DNA of 64,000 nt. Origin: an uncultured Chloroflexia bacterium. Lineage in GTDB: Bacteria; Chloroflexota; Limnocylindria; Limnocylindrales; CSP1-4. Where the stretch lies: the NCBI GenBank assembly GCA_963712745.1, contig CAVQJC010000005.1:224001-288000 (forward strand), given 5' to 3'. Below are positions 1 to 10,452 of this stretch, piece by piece. A program made the position numbers and the translations under genes. Within the stretch, counting starts at the first letter, position 1; each line of letters starts with the position of its first letter. The notes beneath the pieces are model-generated. The model saw only the letters and a list, made by a program, of their open reading frames with translations. It made no database searches and had not been told where the DNA came from.

Positions 1-1
1 G

Positions 2-577
2 GGCCACGTTCGGCTCGCGATAGAAGTCGGCCGCCGCCTCGTTCATGCGTGCCAGCTCGGACAGGTTCGTCAGCAGCGAGGGCGTGCCGAAGGGCACCTT
101 GGTCAGCGACACCGCTGCATCTCGTGGGTCACGCACGATGCGCACGATGCGAGCCCTGGGCCAGGTGCCCGTGATGAGCTCGGGGTAGGCCAGGTGCCGG
201 GGCGTCTTCTCCACCCAGCGCGGAGCGCCGCTGCGCACGGCCCGCTGCTCGGTCAGCGACTCGAGCATGGCCGCCAGCGATGGCGGACGAATGGCCAGCC
301 AGGCGCGGACCTCCTCGAACGTGAGGCCGTACATGGGATAGACCGGCTGCTTGCCCAGCGACAGGCTGGCCACGTAGGCGGTCGCCCGCTCGGGCCAGTC
401 GGCGGGGTCCAGGATGCGTTCCTGTTCACTGCGGGCAAGTCGGACCCAACGCGAGAAGAAGTGCGTTTCAGGCCCGCAGTCGAAGGCCGAATGGGCCGCC
501 AGCATGGCCGACAGCAGCGTGGTCCCAGAGCGGGGGCCGCCGACAACGAACACGGGCGCGGACGTGTGGCTGGTCAC
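2..577 (-). CDS. Sulfotransferase family protein (5' part; runs off window start)
   Basis: Hand translation from GTG at 577: VFVVGGPRSGTTLL (5'-PSB PAPS loop), WVEKTPRH, IVRDPRDAAVS (3'-PB motif). Absent from the ORF track because it has no stop in the window. Confidence 0.88.
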   Translation of the reverse strand, partial: MTSHTSAPVFVVGGPRSGTTLLSAMLAAHSAFDCGPETHFFSRWVRLARSEQERILDPADWPERATAYVASLSLGKQPVYPMYGLTFEEVRAWLAIRPPSLAAMLESLTEQRAVRSGAPRWVEKTPRHLAYPELITGTWPRARIVRIVRDPRDAAVSLTKVPFGTPSLLTNLSELARMNEAAADFYREPNVA

Positions 578-744
578 GTCGCCGACTCTATCAGGCCACC
601 GACCCCGCGGACGGCCGTCGGCCGCTCGGCGCCGCGCGTGGCGCACGGCCCCGCGCCCGTCGGCCGGCACGGCACGGAGCTGCACGGCGAGGAGCGTGAT
701 TCCCACGGGGATTCGGCCTGCGTCTGCTACCGTCTAGGCCGTCC

Positions 745-1698
745 ATGGGAGTCATCAACGAGACACCTGCTGCCTTCCGCAGCAGCAATGATCGGCCGGG
801 CCCGGCCGTACTCATCCGAAATGCCTTCAGCGACGTGTGGTCACGCCGTCGACTGATCGGTTATCTGGTCCGCGCGGATGTCAAGAAGCGCGGCGTGAAC
901 ACCGTGCTCGGCAATATCTGGTGGGTGCTGGACCCGCTCATCACGATGCTCATCTACGTGCTCGTGATGACGGTCATCTTCCAGCGCAGCACGCCCGACT
1001 TCCCGCTTTTCCTGCTGAGCGCGATGGTGCCCTTCAAGTGGTTCACCGCGACGGTCGGCAGTTCGACGACCGCGGTCATCAGCAAGGAGGGCCTCATCAA
1101 GCAGGTCCTCTTCCCCAAGATCATCCTGCCCGTGACGCTGTCGCTGTCGCAGATCGTGAGCTTCCTCTTCGGCATGCTGGTGCTCATCGTGGTCTGGCTC
1201 TTTGCCTACACCGACCACGTGACGATCCAGGTCGTGTGGGTGCCGCTCATCGCCTTCGTGCAGTACTTCTTCGTGCTCGGCTTCACCTTCCTCCTGAGCG
1301 CGGTGACGGTCTTCTACCGCGACGTCGGCATCGTCATCGGCCACTTCATGCGCCTGCTCTTCTGGATCTCGCCCATCCTCTGGTCCTTCATGGAGGTCGC
1401 CGGACGAGGCGCGCGCCTGCAGACGGGCCTGGCCGGAGTAGAGGAAGCGCTGGGCCTGCCCAGCGGCGTCCTCTTCGGAGCCATCTCGCTCAACCCCATC
1501 TCCATGCTCATCGAGTCCTACCGCAAGGTCATCTACGGCCACCTCAGCCACAACGCGCAGGATGAGCTCATCTGGACGCCCGCGACCCCGCCTGACTTGG
1601 CCATGCTCGCGATCGTCTTCACCATCGGCATCGTCATCATCATCATCGGTACCCTCATCTTCAAGCGGCTCGAGCCCGCCTTCGCGAAGGTGCTCTGA
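745..1698 (+). CDS. wzm: ABC-2 type polysaccharide export permease
   Basis: LGNIWWVLDPL, IKQVLFPKIILP, YRDVGIVI and LNP motifs; about 6 TM segments; coupled to an ABC ATPase. Confidence 0.9.
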   Translation: MGVINETPAAFRSSNDRPGPAVLIRNAFSDVWSRRRLIGYLVRADVKKRGVNTVLGNIWWVLDPLITMLIYVLVMTVIFQRSTPDFPLFLLSAMVPFKWFTATVGSSTTAVISKEGLIKQVLFPKIILPVTLSLSQIVSFLFGMLVLIVVWLFAYTDHVTIQVVWVPLIAFVQYFFVLGFTFLLSAVTVFYRDVGIVIGHFMRLLFWISPILWSFMEVAGRGARLQTGLAGVEEALGLPSGVLFGAISLNPISMLIESYRKVIYGHLSHNAQDELIWTPATPPDLAMLAIVFTIGIVIIIIGTLIFKRLEPAFAKVL

Positions 1699-3047
1699 TG
1701 GCCAACCAGCCGACGCGTCGTGAAGAGATCGAGGAGCAGGTCGATTCGCGCCATGACGACCGACTCGATGCCGCCGCCCTCGCGGCCATCGCGGAAGCGG
1801 AGCTGGAGGCGCCCGAAGCCGAGGACTTCGGCCTGCGGGTGGAGGCGCCCACCGGCGACATCGCCCTCCGCGCTGAGAACCTGGGCGTGCGCTACAACCT
1901 CAACTTCACCAAGAAGACGAAGCTGCGCACGTCGTTCGCGACGCTGCTCGACCCGCGGCGCCGCAACAAGGGCCATTTCTGGGCCCTGCGCCATGTCGAC
2001 CTGGAGGTCCGCCGCGGCGAGGCCGTGGGCATCATCGGGCCCAACGGCTCGGGCAAGTCGACCATCCTGCTGGCGCTGGCCGGCATCCTTCAGCCCTCGG
2101 AGGGCGTGGTCCAGGTCAACGGCCACGTGTCCACGCTGCTGAGCCTCAACGCCGGCTTCGACCAGGAGCTCTCCGGCCGCGAGAACATCGCCCTCGCCGG
2201 CGCGCTCATGGGCATCGACCACGAGGTCATGCACGAGATCACCCCGGGTATCGTCCGCTTCGCCAACATCGGCGCCTTCATCGACGCACCCATGAAGACG
2301 TACTCCTCGGGCATGCGCGCCCGCGTCGGCTTCTCCATCGCCACCGCCGTCGACCCCGACATCCTGCTGCTCGACGAGGTCCTGGGTACGGGCGACAACA
2401 AGTTCAAGAAGAAGTCGAAGGAGCGCATCGCCAACGTGCTCAAGTCGGCCAAGGCCGTGGTCATGGTCACCCACGACATGAGCTGGATCACCAACTTCTG
2501 CACGCGCGCCATCCTGCTCGACCGGGGCCGCATCGTGGCCGATGGTGACCCCATCAAGATCGTCGAGATGCACGGCGCCGACGCGACGATGCGCAAGACG
2601 CAGAAGCGCCAGGCCAAGCGCCTGATGCGCCACGGCAAGCTGGAGTCTAAGGACATCAACAAGGCTCTCAAGTCGGGCACGCTGGGCGACCTGGTGGAGG
2701 GCAACGAGGATGCGCTCAAGGAGATCGACGAGGAGAAGGCCAGACGACGGGCCATCCTCGAGGAGCGGCGTGCGAAGCTGAAGGCTCGCCGGGAGGCCGC
2801 GGCCGCCGCAGAGGCCGCCAAGGGCTCAGGCTCGGCCGACTCAGGGGCCGCCAAGGGCTCAGGCTCGGCCGACTCAGGGGCCGCCGAGGGCTCAGGCTCG
2901 GCCGACTCAGGGGCCGCCAAGGGCTCAGGCTCGGCCGACTCAGGGGCCGCCAAGGGCTCAGGTGCGAAGGACGCCGTGGAGCAGACGCCCGATGTGGACG
3001 GATCGGCCGTCGCGGACGAATCCGAACGGAGTCAGCCGGTCGCCTAG
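1698..3047 (+). CDS. wzt: Polysaccharide ABC transporter ATP-binding protein with low-complexity C-terminal tail
   Basis: FWALRHVD, Walker A GPNGSGKST, signature YSSGMRAR, Walker B ILLLDE. Confidence 0.92.
   Translation: MANQPTRREEIEEQVDSRHDDRLDAAALAAIAEAELEAPEAEDFGLRVEAPTGDIALRAENLGVRYNLNFTKKTKLRTSFATLLDPRRRNKGHFWALRHVDLEVRRGEAVGIIGPNGSGKSTILLALAGILQPSEGVVQVNGHVSTLLSLNAGFDQELSGRENIALAGALMGIDHEVMHEITPGIVRFANIGAFIDAPMKTYSSGMRARVGFSIATAVDPDILLLDEVLGTGDNKFKKKSKERIANVLKSAKAVVMVTHDMSWITNFCTRAILLDRGRIVADGDPIKIVEMHGADATMRKTQKRQAKRLMRHGKLESKDINKALKSGTLGDLVEGNEDALKEIDEEKARRRAILEERRAKLKARREAAAAAEAAKGSGSADSGAAKGSGSADSGAAEGSGSADSGAAKGSGSADSGAAKGSGAKDAVEQTPDVDGSAVADESERSQPVA
2814..2962 (+). repeat. 33-bp in-frame tandem repeat (AAKGSGSADSG, about 4.5 copies) in the wzt tail
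   Basis: gccgccaagggctcaggctcggccgactcaggg repeated. Confidence 0.95.
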
Positions 3048-4492
3048 GCCTGCGGCCACGAGGCGCGGGAGCCGATGGCCGCCTCGACCGAGCGCGTTCC
3101 CGGGATCACCGTCCAGGTTCGGCCGTCCTCAACGAACTGCCGGGCGCGGTGCTCCAGGCCCGCCGGGGTCTCGCCTGCGATGAGCCAGGTGGTGTCGGTG
3201 TGGGTGTGCTCGCGCGCCGCCGCCACCCACTCCGTGGCCGGGTCGGCGGCACCGTCGATGACGATAAGGTCGAAACGGCGTTCCGGTCCGACCAGGTGCT
3301 CGAAGTAGTCCGCAGGTGGCATCTCGTAGAGCGCCAGGCCGTCCCCGGCGCGGGCGCGCGGGTCGAACGGGAAGACCTCGCTGACGATGTGCCGCAGCGG
3401 CACGTGGAGCTCGACCCCCAACGGTGCCGAGGCGGTCAGCTCCAGATAGGAGCGGGCGCCGGCCGCGCCGGCCAGGTCGGATGCCAGCCGGGTCCCTGGC
3501 GCGGGCCCTGCCCACTCCGGACGAGGCTGCTCGACACCGAGGATGTCGAGATAGGGCGTGAGCGTCGTGGCCAGCTTGACCACGTGCGCGGAGCGCTCCT
3601 CGATGAGCACCTCCTGGGGCACCACGTGCATGCGCTGGTCGAGCGACCGTGCCCGCGCGATGGTCAGGTAGTTGGCGTTCTGCTCCGCGACCGTGCGGCC
3701 GGGGTGACGGCAGAAGACATCGACCACCAGCCCGCGGACATCGGACAGCAGCGCCAGCAGGTGGAAGGCCGAACCCTGGTCGCCGGCCACGCGGCCCGCG
3801 GTGGCCAGCAACTCCAGCTGCTGGGGGATGGTCAGCGTCTCGGGCTGGATGACGGTCCAGCCGGCGGCTGCCAGCGCCGCCTCCAGGCGCGGCGCATGGA
3901 TGATGCCGGGGTCGATCCGTGTGCGCGACAGCCACAGGCGCAGGCCCGGGTCGCGCTGACGCGCCGGGTAGGCGGCCAGGAACGCAGCCTGCTGGGGTGC
4001 CATGAAGTCCTTGATGCGGTAGCCCGGGTCGGGCACCACGACCCGGCCGAACCGCATCGGCCGGTCCACGAAGATGGGCTCGTTGGCGATGCCCAGGACC
4101 TCGAGGATGGCGGGCTGCCAGGGCTTGTACTCCGGCCCGGGTCTGTCGCTCGGCCAGGCCCAGGCGATGGGCAGCTCCGGGTGCTCCCTGGCGTACCACA
4201 GGCTGGCCAGGCCCTCGAGCATGAAGTGGCCGAAGTGGCGCGTCAGACGACCGGCGTAGATGACCGTCCGCGGGTCGCGCAGAGCCGAATTGCGCGTGGC
4301 CGCGTCGAACCTGGCCGCGAAACCGACCTTGCCGTAGCTGCGGACCAGCAGACTCTGGGGCACCACCCTGTCGCGCGCGTCGAACACGCCCATGCGCAGC
4401 CCGGGCCGTCCGTTGGGACGCATGAAGTTGGTGAAGGGCATGATCACCGCGTCGGGATGGGCCTCGGCGCGGAGCGGTCCTGGCGACGGCAT
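3044..4492 (-). CDS. Glycosyltransferase family 61 (DUF563) protein with C-terminal methyltransferase-like remnant
   Basis: HFGHFMLEGLASLW, LWLSR, PETLTIPQQL and GSAFH are typical of GT61; C-terminal SYLEL...FDLIVIDG. Start placed at ATG 4492 because the upstream ORF extension reads through a DNA repeat. Confidence 0.8.
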   Translation of the reverse strand: MPSPGPLRAEAHPDAVIMPFTNFMRPNGRPGLRMGVFDARDRVVPQSLLVRSYGKVGFAARFDAATRNSALRDPRTVIYAGRLTRHFGHFMLEGLASLWYAREHPELPIAWAWPSDRPGPEYKPWQPAILEVLGIANEPIFVDRPMRFGRVVVPDPGYRIKDFMAPQQAAFLAAYPARQRDPGLRLWLSRTRIDPGIIHAPRLEAALAAAGWTVIQPETLTIPQQLELLATAGRVAGDQGSAFHLLALLSDVRGLVVDVFCRHPGRTVAEQNANYLTIARARSLDQRMHVVPQEVLIEERSAHVVKLATTLTPYLDILGVEQPRPEWAGPAPGTRLASDLAGAAGARSYLELTASAPLGVELHVPLRHIVSEVFPFDPRARAGDGLALYEMPPADYFEHLVGPERRFDLIVIDGAADPATEWVAAAREHTHTDTTWLIAGETPAGLEHRARQFVEDGRTWTVIPGTRSVEAAIGSRASWPQA

Positions 4493-4504
4493 GGGCGCTA
4501 TCGT

Positions 4505-4605
4505 CGCGCATTTGCCCGTGGCCGCGCATTTGCCCGTGGCCGCGCATTTGCCAGTGGCCGCGCATTTGCCAGTGGCCGCGCATTTGCCAGTGGCCGCGCA
4601 TTTGC
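4505..4605. repeat. 18-bp tandem repeat (about 6 copies) in a divergent intergenic region
   Basis: cgcgcatttgcc(c/a)gtggc repeated. Confidence 0.95.
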
Positions 4606-4622
4606 TAGATTGCGACCACCCC

Positions 4623-5465
4623 GTGACCACACCCGCCCGCACCCCGACACCCGCCGCCCGACTGGGGCGCACCCTGGGCCGCCTCAAGCGGCGCAGCCGT
4701 CGTGTCGTGCTGAGCCGCCGGCCGCAGCGGGTCATCGCCATCCTGGGCATGCATCGGGCCGGCACCAGCTCGCTCGCCGGCAGCCTCGAGGAGGCCGGCC
4801 TGTTCCTCGGCGACGTTCGCGGTCGAGGCCAGTGGAACCGCAAGGGCAATCGCGAATCGAAGGTGCTGATGCGGTTGCACGATGACGTGCTCGGTGCTAA
4901 CGGCGGCAACTGGCGGCGGCCCCCCGAACGCGCCATCTGGAGCGCGGAACACAAGGCCCGGCGGGACCGCTACATCTCGCAGCGCATCGGCCGGCCGCTG
5001 TGGGGCTTCAAGGATCCGCGCACCGTGCTCCTCATCGAGGGCTGGCTCGAGGCCATGCCGGACCTGGGCATGGTCGCCAGCGTGCGTCATCCGGCGGCAG
5101 TGGCCCGATCGCTCCAGCGCCGCAGCGGAAGCGAGTCGGCCGAACCCTGGCTCGACCTGTGGCTGGCCTACAACCGCCGCTTGCTCGACCTCCACGCCGC
5201 GCACGGCTTCCCCATCATCGACTTCGACCTCCCGGCCGAGGAGTACCGGGCCCGCCTGGCCACGCTCATCGAGGAGCTGGGCCTGCATGCACCGGAGGGC
5301 GAGGGCACGTTCTTCGAAGCCTCGCTGCGCAATCCCATTCCCGAGGACGCCGAGCTGCCCGACGAGGTCGAGCGTGTCTACCTGGCACTGCGCGAGATCG
5401 CCGCAGAGGGCGCCAGGGCGGCGGCGACTACCGGGGCAGCCACGACAGAAGGGGCCCGCGCGTGA
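4623..5465 (+). CDS. Sulfotransferase family protein
   Basis: ILGMHRAGTS, WGFKDPRT, RHPAAVARSL; GTG start at 4623. Confidence 0.88.
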   Translation: MTTPARTPTPAARLGRTLGRLKRRSRRVVLSRRPQRVIAILGMHRAGTSSLAGSLEEAGLFLGDVRGRGQWNRKGNRESKVLMRLHDDVLGANGGNWRRPPERAIWSAEHKARRDRYISQRIGRPLWGFKDPRTVLLIEGWLEAMPDLGMVASVRHPAAVARSLQRRSGSESAEPWLDLWLAYNRRLLDLHAAHGFPIIDFDLPAEEYRARLATLIEELGLHAPEGEGTFFEASLRNPIPEDAELPDEVERVYLALREIAAEGARAAATTGAATTEGARA

Positions 5466-6367
5466 GCGAGCGGACGAAGACGGGACGACTGCGCGGCCTG
5501 CTCGGCGCTGCCGGCCGGGGTGGCGCTGCCGGCCGGGGTGGCGCTGCCGGCCGGGGTGGCGCTGCCGGCCGGGGTGGCGCTGCCGGCCGAGGGTCGGAGA
5601 CGAACACCCCCGGCCAGGGAGCGGAGCCCACCCGCCTTGCGCCGGGACAGCGGCAGCGCGTCGTGGCCGTGCTGGGCATGCACCGTTCGGGCACCAGCAG
5701 CCTGGTCGGCAGCCTTGAAGCGGCCGGCCTCTTCCTGGGCGACGTGCGCACGAGCGGCCAGTGGAACGAGAAGGGCCACCGCGAGTCGGCCGTGCTCAAC
5801 CTGCTCCACGAGGACGTCCTCATCGCCAACGGCGGAGGCTGGTTCATGCCGCCGACCACGACCGACTGGACGGCCGCCCACCGCAAGCGGCGGGACAAGT
5901 ACATCGCCGAGCGCGCCGACCTGGCCCTGTGGGGCTTCAAGGATCCGCGCACGCTGCTGCTCCTCGACGGCTGGCTCGAGGCCATCCCGGACCTGGAGCT
6001 GGTGGGCACGTTCCGCCACCCTGCCGCGGTCGCGCGCTCCCTGCAGCGCCGCCACGGCACCGACGCCATCGAGCCCTGGCTGGATCTGTGGCTGGCCTAC
6101 GACCGCCATCTGCTGGAGCTGGTCGAGGCGCGAGGCTTCCCGCTCGTCGATTTCGACCTGCCCAACGACGAGTACCAGGCGCGCATCCGAGCACTGACTG
6201 ACGAGCTGCGCCTGACTGGACCCGAGGGAGACGGCTCGTTCTTCGAGGCCTCCCTGCGCACGTCGCAGCGGGAGGTCCCCGGTCAGCTCGAGCTGCCGGC
6301 GCAGGTCGACGAGGTATATCAGCGCCTCCGCGCGGTGGCCGCAGCCCAGGTCGAGACTGCCGGCTGA
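5462..6367 (+). CDS. Sulfotransferase family protein (tandem paralog of the upstream gene)
   Basis: VLGMHRSGTS, WGFKDPRT, RHPAAVARSL; GTGA overlap with the previous stop; N-terminal GAAGRG x5 repeat (about 5503-5590). Confidence 0.88.
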   Translation: MSERTKTGRLRGLLGAAGRGGAAGRGGAAGRGGAAGRGGAAGRGSETNTPGQGAEPTRLAPGQRQRVVAVLGMHRSGTSSLVGSLEAAGLFLGDVRTSGQWNEKGHRESAVLNLLHEDVLIANGGGWFMPPTTTDWTAAHRKRRDKYIAERADLALWGFKDPRTLLLLDGWLEAIPDLELVGTFRHPAAVARSLQRRHGTDAIEPWLDLWLAYDRHLLELVEARGFPLVDFDLPNDEYQARIRALTDELRLTGPEGDGSFFEASLRTSQREVPGQLELPAQVDEVYQRLRAVAAAQVETAG

Positions 6368-6460
6368 CGGCGAGCCCCCTCCCCGCAGCCGGCTTCGTTC
6401 GGCAGGCGGTCCGCATCCGCGGTCGGCAGGCGGTCCGCAATCGCGCTCGGCTGGCGGACC

Positions 6461-7549
6461 CTACCCCCGGTAGAGCGCGGCGGTCTCCTCGGCGATGGGG
6501 CCCCACTCGATGGTGTCGGCGAAGGCTCGCGCCCGCCGGCCCATGGCTGCAAGGTCGGAGGCGGCCGCATCGCGGATGGCATCAGACAGAGCGTCGGGAT
6601 GGTCGGGGTCATAGAGGAACGAGGCGTCGGAGGGCATGGTCTCGGGCAGGCAACCGCGGGCCGGGGCGATGACCGGGCGGCCGTGACTGAGCGCGAGGAT
6701 GACGCTGCCGGAGGTGAGGATGTCGCGGAAAGGCATGACCGCCACGTCTGACCCTCGCAGGATGCGCGAGAGCTCCTCCTCGGGTATGCGTTCGAGGCGG
6801 AGCACGATGCGCTCGTCACCGGCCGCGGCCTGCGCGAGGTCCTTGCCCAGCTTCGCCGGCAGTGGCTGGCCGCAGATGAGCAGCCGGTCGCCCGGGCCCA
6901 GCTCCTCCACTCGCCGGAACGCTTCGATGAGGCCGCCCGCGTTCTTGTAGCCACGGATGGAGCCGACGAAGACGAAGATCCGACCATCGGCCGGCAGGCC
7001 GAGGGCTTCACGGGCCGCCACGGCGTCGGCATCGACGTCGTACTGGTGCACGTAGTTGCCGTGCGGGATGACGTGCATGTGGGCTTGCGCAGCGTCGCTG
7101 GCGCCGTACATCTCGACCAGCGCGTCGCGGGCGTACTGGCAGTGGAAGATGATGGCGTCGGCCCGCTCGATCATGGCGCGGTGGACTCGAGCCTCGCGTG
7201 GGTCGGCACCCCGTGAGGCGTGGGCCTTGAGGTTGTGCACGGTCCAGACGACGCGGGCGCCAAGCGCCTTCACCAGGCGCAGCTGCCACTCGAACCAGAG
7301 CACCTCGCGCCGACGGGGCTTGCCGCTGGGGCCGCCGACGAAGTCGTGGATCCACTGCACGTGGAGCACGTCCGGTCGGCCCTGGGCCAGCCACGTGCCC
7401 AGCAGCGGTGCGCGGCCAGACCACTCGTGGATCGCGGACGCCTCCACGCCGGCGTCGTCCCTGAGGGCCGAGGCCAGCAGCCGCTGGTAGGGGTTCCAGG
7501 TGTACGAGGGCAACAGGATCGCCCGCAGCGGCTTGGCGGACCGGTTCAT
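6461..7549 (-). CDS. Glycosyltransferase family 4
   Basis: NPYQRLL, VWTVHN, VIPHGNY, GSIRGYKN, SGSVILALSHGRPVI. Confidence 0.9.
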   Translation of the reverse strand: MNRSAKPLRAILLPSYTWNPYQRLLASALRDDAGVEASAIHEWSGRAPLLGTWLAQGRPDVLHVQWIHDFVGGPSGKPRRREVLWFEWQLRLVKALGARVVWTVHNLKAHASRGADPREARVHRAMIERADAIIFHCQYARDALVEMYGASDAAQAHMHVIPHGNYVHQYDVDADAVAAREALGLPADGRIFVFVGSIRGYKNAGGLIEAFRRVEELGPGDRLLICGQPLPAKLGKDLAQAAAGDERIVLRLERIPEEELSRILRGSDVAVMPFRDILTSGSVILALSHGRPVIAPARGCLPETMPSDASFLYDPDHPDALSDAIRDAAASDLAAMGRRARAFADTIEWGPIAEETAALYRG

Positions 7550-8754
7550 TCGGCCATCCGGGCGGTCGGGTCGGCGGGTCCGGTCGGTTCGGCCATCCGG
7601 GCGGTCGGGTCGGCGGTGGCCGTCAGTTCGGCTGGAGGTGCCAGTTCGGCTGGAGCGGTCAGTTCGGCAGGAGGGGTCCGCTCGGCCCGGGCGACCAGGT
7701 CGGCCGCGATGCGCTCGCCGGCGTGGCCGTCCCAGCCGGGTGGACCGCCACCGATGCGCTTCTGGGCACCCGCGAGCGCGCCGTCGAGGGCGTCTCCCAG
7801 TCCAGCGGGCGTGACCAGCCGGTTGGTGCCCGCGGTCAGGGTGATGGGCCGCTCGGTATTGGGCCGCAACGTCAGGCACGGTACGTCAAGGACGGTCGTC
7901 TCCTCCTGGATGCCGCCCGAGTCGGTGATGACGGCTGCCGCGCCGCGCACGAGCGAGATGAAGTCGAGATAGCCGAGCGGATCGACCACGATGAGGCCCG
8001 ATACGTCTGCCAGGCCGGCCGAATCGAGCATGGCCCGGCCGCGCGGGTGGAGCGGCAGCACCAGCGGCAGCCGGGCCGTGGCGTCACGCAGGGCTGCGAT
8101 GAGCGCCGTGGCCGCCTCCGGCGTGTCCACGTTGGCCGGCCGATGCAGTGTCGCCACCGCGTACGGGGACTCGACACCGAGGCGTGTCTTCACCGGCTCG
8201 GGGTCGAAGCGGTCGAGATTCGCCAGCAGCGTGTCGATCATGGGGTTGCCCACGAACACGACGCGCTCCCCGCTGATGCCCTCGCGGGCCAGGTTCTGCT
8301 CGCCCTCCGGCGCGGTCACATAGAGCGGGTCGCTCAGCAGGTCGGTCACGCGCCGGTTGACCTCTTCGGGCATGGTCGGGTCGAAGGAGCGCAGGCCCGC
8401 CTCCACGTGCGCCACGGGAATGAGCAGCTTGGCGCAGACGAGGGCTGCGGCCAGGGTGGAGTTGACGTCGCCGTAGACCACGACACGGTCGGGCCGGCCC
8501 TCGAGGAAGGCCGCTTCCAGGGCCACCAGCAGGGCCGCCGTCTGCGCTCCGTGCGAGCCGGACCCCACGCCCAGGTTGACGTCCGGCTCGGGCAGGCCCA
8601 GTTCCTCGAAGAAGACCTCCGACATGGCCCGGTCGTAGTGCTGGCCGGTGTGGATGACCTGCTGCTCCGCTCCCGACTCGCGCAGTGCGGAGATGACCGG
8701 GGCGGCCTTGATGAAGTTCGGCCGGGCGCCGACGACGTGGATGAGTCCGGGCAT
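7546..8754 (-). CDS. wecB: UDP-N-acetylglucosamine 2-epimerase (non-hydrolysing)
   Basis: VGARPNFIK, HTGQHYD, GDVNST, HVEAGLRS, TDSGGIQEE, TERP. Confidence 0.95.
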   Translation of the reverse strand: MPGLIHVVGARPNFIKAAPVISALRESGAEQQVIHTGQHYDRAMSEVFFEELGLPEPDVNLGVGSGSHGAQTAALLVALEAAFLEGRPDRVVVYGDVNSTLAAALVCAKLLIPVAHVEAGLRSFDPTMPEEVNRRVTDLLSDPLYVTAPEGEQNLAREGISGERVVFVGNPMIDTLLANLDRFDPEPVKTRLGVESPYAVATLHRPANVDTPEAATALIAALRDATARLPLVLPLHPRGRAMLDSAGLADVSGLIVVDPLGYLDFISLVRGAAAVITDSGGIQEETTVLDVPCLTLRPNTERPITLTAGTNRLVTPAGLGDALDGALAGAQKRIGGGPPGWDGHAGERIAADLVARAERTPPAELTAPAELAPPAELTATADPTARMAEPTGPADPTARMAE

Positions 8755-8759
8755 GCGCG

Positions 8760-8992
8760 CAAGCATGCCATCGCCGCGTCCGCTCCGTCCGACGCGCGTC
8801 CGCTCCGTCCGACGGTGGCATGCCTCCACCCGACGGTCGCATGCCTCGACCGACGGTGGCATGCCTCGACCGAGTCCCGTCGTGCGGCCGCCCGATGGTG
8901 GTGCGGCTACCCGAAGGTCGTGCGGCCACCCGATGGTCGTGCGGCCGCCCGATGGTGGTGCGGCTACCCGATGGTGGTGCGGCCGCCCGATG
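8760..8992. repeat. Degenerate tandem repeats in a divergent promoter region
   Basis: ccgacggtggcatgcctc x3 and multiple gtgcggc(c/t)(g/a)cccga(t/a)ggt copies. Confidence 0.8.
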
Positions 8993-9008
8993 CTAGAGTC
9001 GGTTGGCC

Positions 9009-10314
9009 GTGACGAACGACCAGCACACCTTCACCACCGTCGGCATCATCGGGCTCGGCTACGTCGGCCTGCCGCTCGCGACCGCCTTCGCGGAGGCGGG
9101 CGTAAGCGTGGTGGGCTTCGACCTCGCGGTGGCCAAGATCGAGGCGCTGGCCGACGGTCGGTCGTACATCGAGGACGTGCCCAGCGATCGGCTGGCCCCA
9201 CTCGTTCAGTCGGGCGCGCTGGAACCCACGACCGACCCGACACGCCTGGCCGCCTGTGGCGCCGTGCTCATCTGCGTACCCACGCCGCTGGGCGACCACC
9301 GAGAGCCCGACCTCGGCTACGTCATCGCCGCCACCGAGACCGCCCTCGCCAACCTCGCGCCCGGCGCCCTGGTCGTGCTCGAATCGACCACCTGGCCGGG
9401 CACCACGCGCGAGGTGCTGGGGCCGATGTTCGAGTCGGCCGGCCTGCGCATCGGCGAGGACGCCTACCTCGCCTTCAGCCCTGAGCGGGTGGACCCCGGC
9501 AACACTCGCTGGGGCATCCGCGACACGCCCAAGGTCGTCGGCGGCCTCACACCCGAGTGCTCGCGTCGGGCCGAGGCGCTGTACCGCGTCATCTGCGACA
9601 CCGTCCACCCGGTCTCCACGCCCGAAATCGGCCGAGATGTCCAAGATCATCGAGAACACCTTCCGCGCGGTGAACATCGCACTCGTCAACGAGCTGGCCA
9701 TGCTGGCCGACCGCATGGGCATCGATATCTGGGAGGCCATCGAAGCCTCGTCCACCAAGCCCTTCGGCTTCATGCCCTTCTGGCCGGGTCCGGGCCTCGG
9801 TGGACACTGCATCCCCATCGACCCCTTCTACCTCGCCTGGCGCGCGCGTGCGTTCGACATGGACAGCGGGTTCGTGGAACTGGCGGGGCGCGTCAACGTG
9901 AACATGCCCTACTACGCGGTCGCGAGGATCGCCCGCTCGCTCAACGATCGGGGCAAGGCCGTGCGCGACGCGGACGTGCTCCTCCTGGGCATGGCCTACA
10001 AGGCCGACGTGGGCGACCTGCGCGAGAGCCCGTCACTCAAGCTGCTCGAGCTGCTGCGGGCGGAGGGCGCGGACGTGACCTACCACGATCCCCACGTGGA
10101 CACGCTCACCGACGAGGGCCTCACGTCGGTGGAGCTGACCGTCGAGCGGCTGGCCGCGACCGACTGCGTGGTCATCGCCACCGCCCACCAGGCCATCGAC
10201 CTGGCGGCCGTGGTGGAGCATGCCGATCTCGTGGTCGACCTGCGCAATGCCGTGCGACATCGGCTCGGTGGCGCCTCGTCGGGCCACGTCCCGCCTAACG
10301 TCGACGTCCTCTAG
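9009..10314 (+). CDS. Nucleotide-sugar dehydrogenase (WecC/WbpA family), with an apparent +1 frameshift near 9626
   Basis: GLGYVGLP, CVPTP, ESTTWPG and SPERVDPG in one frame; AEMSKIIENTFR, GGHCIPIDP and AYKADVGDLRES in the next; extra A in cccgaaatcggcc. Confidence 0.9.
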
Positions 10315-10452
10315 ATGTGCATCAGGGGTGGGCTGATACACCTTCATGGCGGGCTGATGCATATCAAGGGCGGTGATGCACCTTCATGGCGGGCTGATGG
10401 CCGCACGCGCTGATGGCCGCACGCCCTCGCTGATGGCTGCACGACCTCGCTG

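Noticed and set aside
4505-4605. CAATGK / AHLPVA peptide repeats as protein domains
   Set aside because: These are read-throughs of an intergenic 18-bp DNA repeat; better starts exist at 4492(-) and 4623(+).
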